This document shows positions 37,088 to 48,776 of a DNA stretch of 64,000 nt, piece after piece; position 1 is the first letter of the stretch; the number at the start of each line of letters is the position of its first letter. The notes under the pieces were generated by a model. That model had not been told where the DNA came from, made no database searches, and was given only the letters and a program-made list of their open reading frames with translations. The stretch comes from Shigella phage KNP5. The DNA is taken from the sequence record KX452698. One strand, given 5' to 3'. The translations under genes were made by a program, and so were the position numbers.

Positions 37088-37579
37088 ATGTTTGTAGATG
37101 ATGTAACACGAGCGTTTGAATCTGGTGATTTTGCTCGACCTAACTTATTCCAAGTAGAAATTTCTTATCTTGGACAAAATTTTACGTTTCAATGCAAAGC
37201 CACTGCTTTACCAGCTGGTATTGTAGAAAAAATTCCAGTCGGATTTATGAACCGTAAAATTAACGTAGCAGGCGATCGTACATTCGATGACTGGACTGTT
37301 ACAGTAATGAACGATGAGGCACATGATGCTCGCCAGAAGTTTGTTGATTGGCAAAGCATTGCTGCTGGGCAAGGGAACGAAATTACTGGTGGAAAACCAG
37401 CAGAGTATAAAAAGAGCGCTGTTGTTCGCCAATACGCTCGTGATGCTAAAACTGTAACAAAAGAAGTCGAAATTAAAGGCCTGTGGCCTACTAACGTGGG
37501 TGAACTTCAATTAGATTGGGATTCAAACAATGAAATCCAAACCTTTGAAGTAACTCTTGCTCTCGATTATTGGGAATAA
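37088..37579 (+). CDS. 19: tail tube protein gp19
   Basis: 163 aa, matches T4 gp19. Confidence 0.95.
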   Translation: MFVDDVTRAFESGDFARPNLFQVEISYLGQNFTFQCKATALPAGIVEKIPVGFMNRKINVAGDRTFDDWTVTVMNDEAHDARQKFVDWQSIAAGQGNEITGGKPAEYKKSAVVRQYARDAKTVTKEVEIKGLWPTNVGELQLDWDSNNEIQTFEVTLALDYWE

Positions 37580-37611
37580 AATGAATGGGGAGAAATCCCC
37601 ATCCTGCTTAA

Positions 37612-39236
<1,625 letters not shown>

Positions 39237-39237
<1 letters not shown>

Positions 39238-39497
39238 TGGAAGGTTTAATTGAAGCTATTAAATCAAACGACCTCGTAGCCGCTCGTAAATTCTTTGCTG
39301 AAGCCATGGCTGCAAGAACGATTGATTTAATTAAAGAAGAAAAAATCGCTATCGCTCGTAATTTCTTAATCGAAGGTGAAGAACCTGATGATGATGAGGA
39401 TGATGACGAAGACGAGGATGATGAAGATAGCGATGATAAAGACGACAAAAAAGACAAAGACTCTGACGAAGATGACGAAGACGAGGATGATGAATAA
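39237..39497 (+). CDS. 67: prohead core protein gp67
   Basis: 86 aa; [20 protein letters not shown] followed by an acidic D/E tail. Confidence 0.88.
39384..39494 (+). repeat. low-complexity GAT/GAA/GAC codon tract (poly-Asp/Glu tail of gp67)
   Basis: gatgatgatgaggatgatgacgaagacgaggatgatgaa... Confidence 0.8.
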
Positions 39498-39922
39498 TGC
39501 TTCTGATCCCTGAAACTCATGAATTAGTTCTCGAGAATGTCGAAGCACTTATTCCTGAAGCACAGGGTCGCTTTGACGAATTGTCTTCTGCTTTAAATAA
39601 AGACGATATAAATACAATTGTCGAGAATATGCTTGATGATGAAACTGATTTAGCGATTGCATTAGCTTCTATTAATGAAGATATGCCGCTAAATGAATTC
39701 ATCGTTAAACATGTTTCTGCTCGTGGTGAAATTACACGTACCAAAGACCGTAAAACGCGTGAACGTAATGCATTTCAAACCACCGGGCTGTCTAAAGCAA
39801 AACGTAGACAAATTGCTCGCAAAGCTACCAAAACGAAGATTGCCAATCCAGCAGGTCAATCTCGTGCTCAGCGTAAGCGTAAAAAAGCTCTTAAACGCCG
39901 TAAAGCATTAGGATTAAGCTAA
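39497..39922 (+). CDS. 68: prohead core protein gp68
   Basis: 141 aa, matches T4 gp68. Confidence 0.88.
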   Translation: MLLIPETHELVLENVEALIPEAQGRFDELSSALNKDDINTIVENMLDDETDLAIALASINEDMPLNEFIVKHVSARGEITRTKDRKTRERNAFQTTGLSKAKRRQIARKATKTKIANPAGQSRAQRKRKKALKRRKALGLS

Positions 39923-40560
39923 TGAATGAACCCCAATTACTAATTGAAACTTGGGGTCAACCTGGCGAAATTATTGATGGCGTGCCAATGCTTGAATCTC
40001 ATGATGGGAAAGACCTCGGTTTAAAACCTGGTTTATACATCGAAGGAATATTCATGCAAGCGGAAGTCGTCAATAGAAATAAACGTCTTTATCCAAAACG
40101 CATATTAGAAAAAGCGGTAAAAGACTATATCAATGAGCAAGTTTTAACTAAACAAGCTCTCGGAGAATTAAATCATCCTCCACGCGCTAATGTTGACCCG
40201 ATGCAAGCCGCTATCATTATAGAAGATATGTGGTGGAAAGGAAATGACGTATACGGACGAGCTCGTGTTATTGAAGGTGACCATGGTCCTGGAGATAAAT
40301 TAGCAGCTAATATTCGTGCCGGATGGATTCCAGGAGTTTCTTCTCGTGGATTAGGTTCATTGACTGACACAAATAAAGGTTATCGTATCGTAAACGAAGG
40401 ATTCAAATTAACTGTAGGTGTTGATGCAGTATGGGGTCCAAGTGCTCCAGATGCATGGGTAACTCCTAAGGAAATTACCGAATCACAGACGGCGGAAGCC
40501 GATACAAGTGCCGATGACGCCTATATGGCTCTCGCAGAGGCCATGAAAAAAGCGTTATAA
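39922..40560 (+). CDS. 21: prohead core scaffold protein and protease gp21
   Basis: 212 aa, matches T4 gp21. Confidence 0.93.
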   Translation: MNEPQLLIETWGQPGEIIDGVPMLESHDGKDLGLKPGLYIEGIFMQAEVVNRNKRLYPKRILEKAVKDYINEQVLTKQALGELNHPPRANVDPMQAAIIIEDMWWKGNDVYGRARVIEGDHGPGDKLAANIRAGWIPGVSSRGLGSLTDTNKGYRIVNEGFKLTVGVDAVWGPSAPDAWVTPKEITESQTAEADTSADDAYMALAEAMKKAL

Positions 40561-40590
40561 ATATTATTATCTAAACAACAGGACTACAAA

Positions 40591-41400
40591 ATGCTTAAAG
40601 AACAACTGATTGCTGAAGCGCAAAAAATTGATGCTTCCGTTGCTCTTGATAGTATTTTCGAATCAGTTAATATTTCTCCGGAAGCAAAAGAAACTTTCGG
40701 CACTGTATTCGAAGCTACCGTCAAGCAGCACGCCGTTAAATTAGCTGAATCTCATATCGCTAAAATTGCTGAAAAAGCAGAAGAAGAAGTAGAAAAAAAT
40801 AAAGAAGAAGCCGAAGAAAAAGCTGAGAAGAAAATTGCTGAGCAAGCTTCTAAATTCATCGACCATCTTGCAAAAGAATGGCTCGCTGAAAATAAATTAG
40901 CAGTTGATAAAGGCATCAAAGCCGAACTGTTTGAATCCATGCTTGGTGGATTAAAAGAGCTCTTTGTTGAACACAACGTTGTTGTTCCAGAAGAATCAGT
41001 TGATGTTGTAGCTGAAATGGAAGAAGAGCTGCAAGAACATAAAGAAGAATCAGCTCGTCTGTTCGAAGAACTCAATATGCGCGACGCATATATCAATTAT
41101 GTGCAGCGTGAAGTGGCATTGAGCGAAAGTACTAAAGATCTGACTGAGTCTCAAAAAGAAAAAGTCTCTGCTCTGGTCGAAGGTATGGATTATTCAGATG
41201 CATTCTCAAGTAAATTGAGTGCCATCGTAGAAATGGTGAAGAAATCTAATAAAGATGAAAGCACTATTACTGAGGGTATAAATACTCCTGATACTGAAGC
41301 AGCCGGACTGAATTTCGTCACTGAAGCTGTAGAAGATAAAGCTGCACCTGGTGCAGAAGATATTGTAAGTGTATATGCGAAAGTCGCATCTCGTTTCTAA
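40591..41400 (+). CDS. 22: prohead core scaffolding protein gp22
   Basis: 269 aa, charged coiled-coil, matches T4 gp22. Confidence 0.93.
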   Translation: MLKEQLIAEAQKIDASVALDSIFESVNISPEAKETFGTVFEATVKQHAVKLAESHIAKIAEKAEEEVEKNKEEAEEKAEKKIAEQASKFIDHLAKEWLAENKLAVDKGIKAELFESMLGGLKELFVEHNVVVPEESVDVVAEMEEELQEHKEESARLFEELNMRDAYINYVQREVALSESTKDLTESQKEKVSALVEGMDYSDAFSSKLSAIVEMVKKSNKDESTITEGINTPDTEAAGLNFVTEAVEDKAAPGAEDIVSVYAKVASRF

Positions 41401-41418
41401 TTTTAAAGGTTAACACAA

Positions 41419-42984
41419 ATGACTATCAAAACTAAAGCTGAACTTTTGAACAAATGGAAGCCATTACTGGAAGGTGAAGGTTTACCGGAAATTGCTAATA
41501 GCAAACAAGCGATTATCGCTAAAATCTTTGAAAACCAGGAAAAAGATTTCCAGACAGCTCCAGAGTACAAAGACGAAAAAATCGCTCAGGCGTTCGGTTC
41601 TTTCTTAACAGAAGCTGAAATCGGTGGTGACCACGGTTACAACGCTACTAACATCGCTGCTGGTCAGACTTCTGGCGCAGTAACTCAGATTGGCCCAGCT
41701 GTTATGGGTATGGTACGTCGTGCTATTCCTAACCTGATTGCTTTCGATATTTGCGGTGTTCAGCCGATGAACAGCCCGACCGGTCAGGTATTCGCACTGC
41801 GTGCAGTATATGGTAAAGACCCAATCGCTGCTGATGCTAAAGAAGCATTCCACCCAATGTATGGTCCAGATGCAATGTTCTCTGGTCAGGGTGCTGCTAA
41901 GAAATTCACTGCTTTAACTGCTGGCGCTACTACTGTCAAAGGTGACATCTATACTTATTTCTTCCAGGAAACTGGTACTGTATATCTGCAAGCTTCCTCT
42001 GTAGTAACAATTAGTTCAAGTGCTGATGATGCAGCTAAATTAGATGCTGAAATTAAGAAACAAATGGAAGCTGGTGCACTGGTAGAAATCGCTGAAGGTA
42101 TGGCTACTTCTATCGCTGAACTTCAGGAAGGTTTCAACGGTTCGACCGATAACCCATGGAATGAAATGGGCTTCCGTATCGATAAACAAGTTATCGAAGC
42201 TAAATCTCGTCAGCTGAAAGCTGCTTACTCTATCGAATTAGCACAAGACCTCCGCGCTGTTCACGGTATGGATGCTGATGCTGAACTGTCTGGTATTCTG
42301 GCTACCGAAATCATGCTGGAAATCAACCGTGAAGTTGTTGATTGGATTAACTACTCAGCTCAGGTTGGTAAATCTGGTATGACCCTGACTCCGGGTTCTA
42401 AAGCTGGTGTGTTTGACTTCCAGGATCCGATTGATATTCGTGGCGCTCGCTGGGCTGGTGAATCCTTTAAAGCTCTGTTGTTCCAGATTGACAAAGAAGC
42501 AGTTGAAATTGCTCGTCAGACCGGTCGTGGTGAAGGTAACTTCATTATCGCTTCCCGTAACGTAGTTAACGTTCTGGCTTCAGTTGATACTGGCATTTCT
42601 TATGCTGCACAGGGTCTGGCTACCGGCTTTAACACTGATACTACCAAGTCAGTATTTGCTGGTGTTCTGGGTGGTAAATACCGTGTATATATCGACCAGT
42701 ATGCTAAACAGGATTATTTCACTGTAGGTTATAAAGGTCCGAACGAAATGGATGCTGGTATTTACTACGCTCCATATGTAGCTCTGACTCCGCTGCGTGG
42801 TTCCGATCCGAAGAACTTCCAACCAGTAATGGGATTCAAAACTCGTTACGGTATCGGTATCAACCCATTTGCAGAATCCGCTGCTCAGGCTCCGGCTTCT
42901 CGCATCCAGAGCGGTATGCCTTCTATTCTGAATAGCCTTGGTAAAAACGCTTACTTCCGCCGTGTATATGTTAAAGGTATCTAA
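41419..42984 (+). CDS. 23: major capsid protein gp23
   Basis: 521 aa, matches T4 gp23. Confidence 0.97.
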   Translation: MTIKTKAELLNKWKPLLEGEGLPEIANSKQAIIAKIFENQEKDFQTAPEYKDEKIAQAFGSFLTEAEIGGDHGYNATNIAAGQTSGAVTQIGPAVMGMVRRAIPNLIAFDICGVQPMNSPTGQVFALRAVYGKDPIAADAKEAFHPMYGPDAMFSGQGAAKKFTALTAGATTVKGDIYTYFFQETGTVYLQASSVVTISSSADDAAKLDAEIKKQMEAGALVEIAEGMATSIAELQEGFNGSTDNPWNEMGFRIDKQVIEAKSRQLKAAYSIELAQDLRAVHGMDADAELSGILATEIMLEINREVVDWINYSAQVGKSGMTLTPGSKAGVFDFQDPIDIRGARWAGESFKALLFQIDKEAVEIARQTGRGEGNFIIASRNVVNVLASVDTGISYAAQGLATGFNTDTTKSVFAGVLGGKYRVYIDQYAKQDYFTVGYKGPNEMDAGIYYAPYVALTPLRGSDPKNFQPVMGFKTRYGIGINPFAESAAQAPASRIQSGMPSILNSLGKNAYFRRVYVKGI

Positions 42985-42998
42985 TCTTTGACGATTTA

Positions 42999-43029
42999 AG
43001 GGACCTTCGGGTCCCTTTAGTTGTTTTTA
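42999..43029 (+). terminator. rho-independent terminator after gene 23
   Basis: AGGGACC ttcg GGTCCCT followed by a T-rich run. Confidence 0.7.
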
Positions 43030-43032
43030 TGG

Positions 43033-43040
43033 TATAAATA
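43033..43040 (+). promoter_or_regulatory. late promoter core TATAAATA for gene 24
   Basis: exact motif about 28 nt upstream of the gene 24 ATG. Confidence 0.65.
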
Positions 43041-43067
43041 AATCATATAAACCAAAAGGAAAGCGCA

Positions 43068-44351
43068 ATGGCTAAAATCAACGAACTTCTGCGCGAATCA
43101 ACCACAACGAATAGCAACTCAATCGGTCGCCCAAATCTCGTTGCTTTGACTCGCGCTACCACTAAATTAATATATTCTGACATTGTAGCAACGCAAAGAA
43201 CTAATCAACCTGTTGCTGCTTTTTACGGTATTAAATACCTTAACCCAGATAACGAATTTACATTTAAAACTGGTGCTACTTACGCTGGCGAAGCTGGGTA
43301 TGTAGACCGAGAACAAATCACAGAATTAACAGAAGAGTCTAAATTAACTCTCAATAAAGGCGATTTATTCAAATATAATAATATCGTTTATAAAGTATTA
43401 GAAGATACACCATTTGCTGATATTGAAGAAAGCGATTTAGAATTAGCTCTTCAGATTGCAATCGTTCTTTTAAAGGTTCGTCTATTTTCTGATGCTGCAT
43501 TAACAAGCAAATTTGAAAGCTCTGATAGCGAAATTGCGGATGCTAGATTCCAGATTAATAAATGGCAAACCGCAGTTAAATCTCGTAAACTTAAAACTGG
43601 CATCACAGTTGAATTAGCACAAGATTTAGAAGCAAATGGATTCGATGCTCCTAATTTCTTGGAAGATTTGCTTGCAACTGAAATGGCGGATGAAATCAAT
43701 AAAGATATTCTACAGTCTTTGATTACAGTATCAAAACGCTATAAAGTTACAGGAATTACTGATACTGGATTCATTGATTTGAGTTATGCATCTGCACCTG
43801 AAGCAGGTCGTTCATTATACCGAATGGTATGTGAAATGGTTTCGCATATCCAAAAAGAATCAACTTACACAGCAACGTTCTGTGTTGCTTCAGCTCGTGC
43901 CGCTGCGATTCTTGCTGCATCAGGTTGGTTAAAACATAAACCAGAAGATGACAAATATCTTTCACAAAATGCCTACGGGTTCTTAGCTAATGGTTTACCG
44001 CTTTATTGCGATACCAACAGCCCATTAGATTATGTAATCGTTGGTGTAGTAGAAAATATCGGTGAAAAAGAAATTGTTGGGTCAATTTTCTATGCTCCGT
44101 ATACAGAAGGTCTTGACTTAGATGACCCTGAACATGTAGGTGCATTTAAAGTTGTAGTTGATCCAGAAAGTTTGCAGCCATCTATCGGTTTATTAGTTAG
44201 ATATGCTTTATCTGCAAATCCTTACACTGTAGCAAAAGATGAAAAAGAAGCAAGAATAATTGATGGTGGAGACATGGATAAAATGGCGGGTCGTTCAGAT
44301 TTGTCTGTTTTATTAGGTGTTAAGCTACCAAAAATTATCATTGATGAATAA
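43068..44351 (+). CDS. 24: capsid vertex protein gp24
   Basis: 427 aa, matches T4 gp24. Confidence 0.95.
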   Translation: MAKINELLRESTTTNSNSIGRPNLVALTRATTKLIYSDIVATQRTNQPVAAFYGIKYLNPDNEFTFKTGATYAGEAGYVDREQITELTEESKLTLNKGDLFKYNNIVYKVLEDTPFADIEESDLELALQIAIVLLKVRLFSDAALTSKFESSDSEIADARFQINKWQTAVKSRKLKTGITVELAQDLEANGFDAPNFLEDLLATEMADEINKDILQSLITVSKRYKVTGITDTGFIDLSYASAPEAGRSLYRMVCEMVSHIQKESTYTATFCVASARAAAILAASGWLKHKPEDDKYLSQNAYGFLANGLPLYCDTNSPLDYVIVGVVENIGEKEIVGSIFYAPYTEGLDLDDPEHVGAFKVVVDPESLQPSIGLLVRYALSANPYTVAKDEKEARIIDGGDMDKMAGRSDLSVLLGVKLPKIIIDE

Positions 44352-44354
44352 AAC

Positions 44355-44380
44355 AAAGGGACCTTTCGGTCCCTTTTTAT
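44355..44380. terminator. bidirectional terminator between convergent genes 24 and rnlB
   Basis: AAAGGGACC tttc GGTCCCTTT flanked by A-run and T-run. Confidence 0.7.
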
Positions 44381-45385
44381 TTAACTTACCAATTCAATCC
44401 AAGCCGGACGAAGTACATCTTGTACCATTTTAACTAATTCCTTCTTAATCAAAGAAGGATTATCCGCTTGAGTTAGAGTAATACCTTCACGAGAAGTTTC
44501 TTCCAAAATATCTTGAACAGTTAGTCCCATCACCTTTCCAAAATCCTTTGGACCAATTTCGCCAATTTTAGAAATAACGTTATTTACTCGGTTCAGTGTA
44601 ACGTAACAAGCTAAAATTCCAACCAATTTGTTATCAGCTTCTGACAGTTCAACTTTAGCTTTAATAGGCTTATCAGACTTTTTCTTTTCACTGAATTTAG
44701 AGTTCTTGCATTTGATAGCTACGCGATTGCCATTAGGCATCCAAGAAGGATAACAAGGTTTCAATACATATCCTTCAGCGGTAAATACTTCGCCTTTTGC
44801 TTCAGCATTCCAAACGCATTTATTTGCATCAACTAATCCAGCATGGTCTACCGTAAAATTATAATCCTGGACTACAGAATCTAAATCATTTGGCAATTTA
44901 ATAAGCTCTTCAAATTTACCGCGACCTAAAAGTGGAGCCATTTTAAATTTAAATGTATTGCAGAATGATTCCATCATATAATCATCAACATAAGTCACAT
45001 CACCGCTTTCTGTAGTAACAATAATGTCAAATACATAAAAATCTTTATCACCATAATCGACATTCTTCTGAATGCCAGGTCCAGCGAATTCGCCGAAGAC
45101 TTGATAAGATACAACTGCCGAAGTTTCCATAATATCTTGTACTGCTTTAATGGAATCAGCGTAATTCTTTAAAATAATTTCATATCCAAAGAAATCTTCA
45201 GCGGGAAGAATCGGTCCAGTACGTTTAGCACAAGTTGCTTTATCACGCTCAATAATTAATGAGAAATTTGTGCCATGAATCTTTTCACGAGCTACCCATT
45301 CGCCACCAGTCAATCCTAAACTATAAAGTTTTTCAATGAATTTAGAATTGTAATGATTTTCAAGACTGCTATACTTTTTAAACAT
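44381..45385 (-). CDS. rnlB: RNA ligase 2
   Basis: 334 aa; [13 protein letters not shown]; adenylation lysine motif EKIHGTN; matches T4 Rnl2. Confidence 0.93.
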   Translation of the reverse strand: MFKKYSSLENHYNSKFIEKLYSLGLTGGEWVAREKIHGTNFSLIIERDKATCAKRTGPILPAEDFFGYEIILKNYADSIKAVQDIMETSAVVSYQVFGEFAGPGIQKNVDYGDKDFYVFDIIVTTESGDVTYVDDYMMESFCNTFKFKMAPLLGRGKFEELIKLPNDLDSVVQDYNFTVDHAGLVDANKCVWNAEAKGEVFTAEGYVLKPCYPSWMPNGNRVAIKCKNSKFSEKKKSDKPIKAKVELSEADNKLVGILACYVTLNRVNNVISKIGEIGPKDFGKVMGLTVQDILEETSREGITLTQADNPSLIKKELVKMVQDVLRPAWIELVS

Positions 45386-45394
45386 AATTAATCC

Positions 45395-45673
45395 TCAAAA
45401 TGTAATTTCTAACCAATCACCATCACGCTGATCACTATTGACTTTAAAGCTAAATCCTTCTTTTCTCAGCCAATCACCAATTTCTTCAGTAATCAATTTA
45501 TCGCGAGCAGTACAATAATAACTAAAATATGTTTTACCTTGTTCAGCTGCTTTATTAGCAAGTTCTGAAAAATCTTTAATAAAACACTCTAGCTTAAACT
45601 GTTTGCTTTTAAGTGCTTTTTCTCGTAATTGATTAGCAAAAGATTCATTTTCATAAAGATCATACTGTTCCAT
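45395..45673 (-). CDS. hypothetical protein (T4 24.2-like position)
   Basis: 92 aa ORF. Confidence 0.6.
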   Translation of the reverse strand: MEQYDLYENESFANQLREKALKSKQFKLECFIKDFSELANKAAEQGKTYFSYYCTARDKLITEEIGDWLRKEGFSFKVNSDQRDGDWLEITF

Positions 45674-45875
45674 TTTTCACCTTTTTATTAATATGTCTTT
45701 TTCTATAGACAACTTTTTCTCGAGTCTCAAATTTATTCTTAGCAGTCATAGCTCGAGCCCATAATACAGCCACTTCTTTTGCCTGTAAGTTCAATTCACG
45801 AGCAATTTCAATGAATGACTTTCCAGACTCATGGAGTGTAAACACCACAACCTCAGTTCTCATAATCAATCTCAT
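45660..45875 (-). CDS. hypothetical protein (T4 24.3-like position)
   Basis: 71 aa ORF. Confidence 0.55.
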   Translation of the reverse strand: MRLIMRTEVVVFTLHESGKSFIEIARELNLQAKEVAVLWARAMTAKNKFETREKVVYRKRHINKKVKNGTV

Positions 45876-45964
45876 GTTATCGAGTTGGTGCCATTATATA
45901 CATCATTTTATGAGTGTGTTTTGTGTGCTTTCAAAATGAAGAAAGGGGCCGAAGCCCCTTATGA

Positions 45965-48036
45965 TTATGGATAGGTATAGATGATACCAGTTTCTAAAGC
46001 AGTTTTATGAATGATGTATCCATTACGTGATTCTTGAACATCAACTTCTGGATAGTCTTTCATCATCTTCTGAAGGGTGTAACGGTGCAGGTAGTATTTA
46101 CTATCTGGATCTTCAGTTTTCCAATCTTTACCTTCTTCGGTCATTTTTTGGATTTCATCCATAACCCACCAACCGCACCAGATATAAGCTGAAGTACGAT
46201 GTGGAAGAGGATGAACATAAGGCAATTCACCTTCTGGTTCCGGAGCAACTTTATCAGTCACCTGAACTTGGCCTGTTGCTTTAACTGTTTTACTGTCATA
46301 GTCAGTTGCTGTAACGACAGCAGTAACTTCAATAGTTTGACTTCCAATAGATGAGGTATCGACAGTATATACGTTAGTTGACCCTTCCACAGGAGAAGAA
46401 TCTTTCTTCCATGAATAAGTAATTTGTGCTGCTTCAGGTGCTCCAGTAACATTAGCTGTAAATGTAGCCGAAGCATCTTGCTGAACGTTAATAGAAGGAG
46501 GAGTCAATGCAACCTGTGGATTCATTGTCTTCTTATTAACCGTCAGTGACACTTCGTTGGAAGTAACTTCCTTTTCATTGTAATTTTCTGCAGTTACTTG
46601 CGCTACACATTTAATTCTTTTTACTCCACTTGTAGTTGGAGTATAGTTAAATGTAGAGTTAGTTTCTCCACCAATTTGAGAATCATCTACATACCATTTA
46701 TATGTAGCAGTTGCGCCGTCGGGTTGAGAAGCTAAGGCAGCAGTAAATTGAACAGCTGTTCCAATTACTCCAGCTGGAGGACTAGCAGGAGTTACAGCTA
46801 AGGTAGTTGTCTGCNNNNNNNNNNNNNNNNNNNNNNNNNNNNNNNNNNNNNNNNNNNNNNNNNNNNNNNNNNNNNNNNNNNNNNNNNNNNNNNNNNNNNN
46901 NNNNNNNNNNNNNNNNNNNNNNNNNNNNNNNNNNNNNNNNNNNNNNNNNNNNNNNNNNNNNNNNNNNNNNNNNNNNNNNNNNNNNNNNNNNNNNNNNNNN
47001 NNNNNNNNNNNNNNNNNNNNNNNNNNNNNNNNNNNNNNNNNNNNNNNNNNNNNNNNNNNNNNNNNNNNNNNNNNNNNNNNNNNNNNNNNNNNNNNNNNNN
47101 NNNNNNNNNNNNNNNNNNNNNNNNNNNNNNNNNNNNNNNNNNNNNNNNNNNNNNNNNNNNNNNNNNNNNNNNNNNNNNNNNNNNNNNNNNNNNNNNNNNN
47201 NNNNNNNNNNNNNNNNNNNNNNNNNNNNNNNNNNNNNNNNNNNNNNNNNNNNNNNNNNNNNNNNNNNNNNNNNNNNNNNNNNNNNNNNNNNNNNNNNNNN
47301 NNNNNNNNNNNNNNNNNNNNNNNNNNNNNNNNNNNNNNNNNNNNNNNNNNNNNNNNNNNNNNNNNNNNNNNNNNNNNNNNNNNNNNNNNNNNNNNNNNNN
47401 NNNNNNNNNNNNNNNNNNNNNNNNNNNNNNNNNNNNNNNNNNNNNNNNNNNNNNNNNNNNNNNNNNNNNNNNNNNNNNNNNNNNNNNNNNNNNNNNNNNN
47501 NNNNNNNNNNNNNNNNNNNNNNNNNNNNNNNNNNNNNNNNNNNNNNNNNNNNNNNNNNNNNNNNNNNNNNNNNNNNNNNNNNNNNNNNNNNNNNNNNNNN
47601 NNNNNNNNNNNNNNNNNNNNNNNNNNNNNNNNNNNNNNNNNNNNNNNNNNNNNNNNNNNNNNNNNNNNNNNNNNNNNNNNNNNNNNNNNNNNNNNNNNNN
47701 NNNNNNNNNNNNNNNNNNNNNNNNNNNNNNNNNNNNNNNNNNNNNNNNNNNNNNNNNNNNNNNNNNNNNNNNNNNNNNNNNNNNNNNNNNNNNNNNNNNN
47801 NNNNCAGCTTCTGGAACTGTATTTGTTGCAACCACCTTAATAGTCTTTTGACCGGCAGGTCCTTTTAATACATAATCAAAAGTTGCTTCAGCTCCATCCT
47901 GTGGAACATTATCTACACTCCAAGCATAGGTAATAGTTCCACCTTCGGTTTGACCACTTGGTGCAGCAGTAAACTGCTTGGTTTCATCAATAACTCCAGT
48001 AGGTGTTTTAGGAGTTATATCAACTGTAAAAGCCAT
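45965..48036 (-). CDS. hoc: highly immunogenic outer capsid protein Hoc, interrupted by a 990-nt unresolved block
   Basis: N-terminal 77 aa (MAFTVDITPKTPTGVIDETKQF) before the gap and 282 aa after it (QTTTLAVTPASP ... IIYTYP) match T4 Hoc; flanks are in different frames. Confidence 0.85.
46815..47804. other. unresolved sequence (990 N) inside hoc
   Basis: run of n characters; ORFs called through it are artefacts. Confidence 1.
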
Positions 48037-48045
48037 AAGTTATCC

Positions 48046-48726
48046 TTATTTTAATGTTACGAAAGAAGAATTACGTGTTTCACGAATTAGAACTGATCCG
48101 TCACGATTAATGTAGTAAATTAAGCTAAACAAAGTTTGGTGTGCTGACGCGTGTTCAAAACTAGTTGGGTGAGATTTCCAATCCGGAGTTTCAGCAATCC
48201 ATTGGTAAATCCACCAAGGAACAGTGCAGAATCCTGGATTTTTTCCAATCAGCTGAAGATTTGGGCTAAAGTTTTCCGGAAGAGTAAATACAGACGGCTT
48301 TTCAGATTCAATAATCTCAGCTACAGCCTGTTCGAATTTTTCTTCAACAAAAGGAGTATCTTCAATCAAAACATCGGTATTTTCAGGAATTTTATCCGTT
48401 TCTACTACTTCAATTTTAATGTCAGATTTAACCGGAGAATCAATCAGAAGTGCTGCCTCTGGATTGACTTCTTCATCGTCATATTTTAATCCGTCTGCGG
48501 CATCAGCAGCATCAATTAAGTCTTTAATAGATAACCCATCAGTCTCTGGCATAGGTTCACTAGCGAGCTTCTGGAGGGCTTCTTCAATATCAATAACGAT
48601 ATTATCAAAAGATTTATTCTTTTTGACCTTTATACCAAACTGTTCAGCATATTCAGCTAATTTAGCTTTAGCTTCTTTATTATCATCAAGAGCCTTCAGC
48701 TCTGCAATATAATCTTTATCTATCAT
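48046..48726 (-). CDS. inh: inhibitor of prohead protease
   Basis: 226 aa; position after hoc as in T4. Confidence 0.8.
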   Translation of the reverse strand: MIDKDYIAELKALDDNKEAKAKLAEYAEQFGIKVKKNKSFDNIVIDIEEALQKLASEPMPETDGLSIKDLIDAADAADGLKYDDEEVNPEAALLIDSPVKSDIKIEVVETDKIPENTDVLIEDTPFVEEKFEQAVAEIIESEKPSVFTLPENFSPNLQLIGKNPGFCTVPWWIYQWIAETPDWKSHPTSFEHASAHQTLFSLIYYINRDGSVLIRETRNSSFVTLK

Positions 48727-48776
48727 AATATTTCCTCAGTATAAATATAGATATATTTATTACATGGTATTTAGAC

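Noticed and set aside
46782-47868. ORF-track entries 46782..47831 and 46807..47868 consisting almost entirely of X
   Set aside because: Artefacts of translating the N run; no sequence information.
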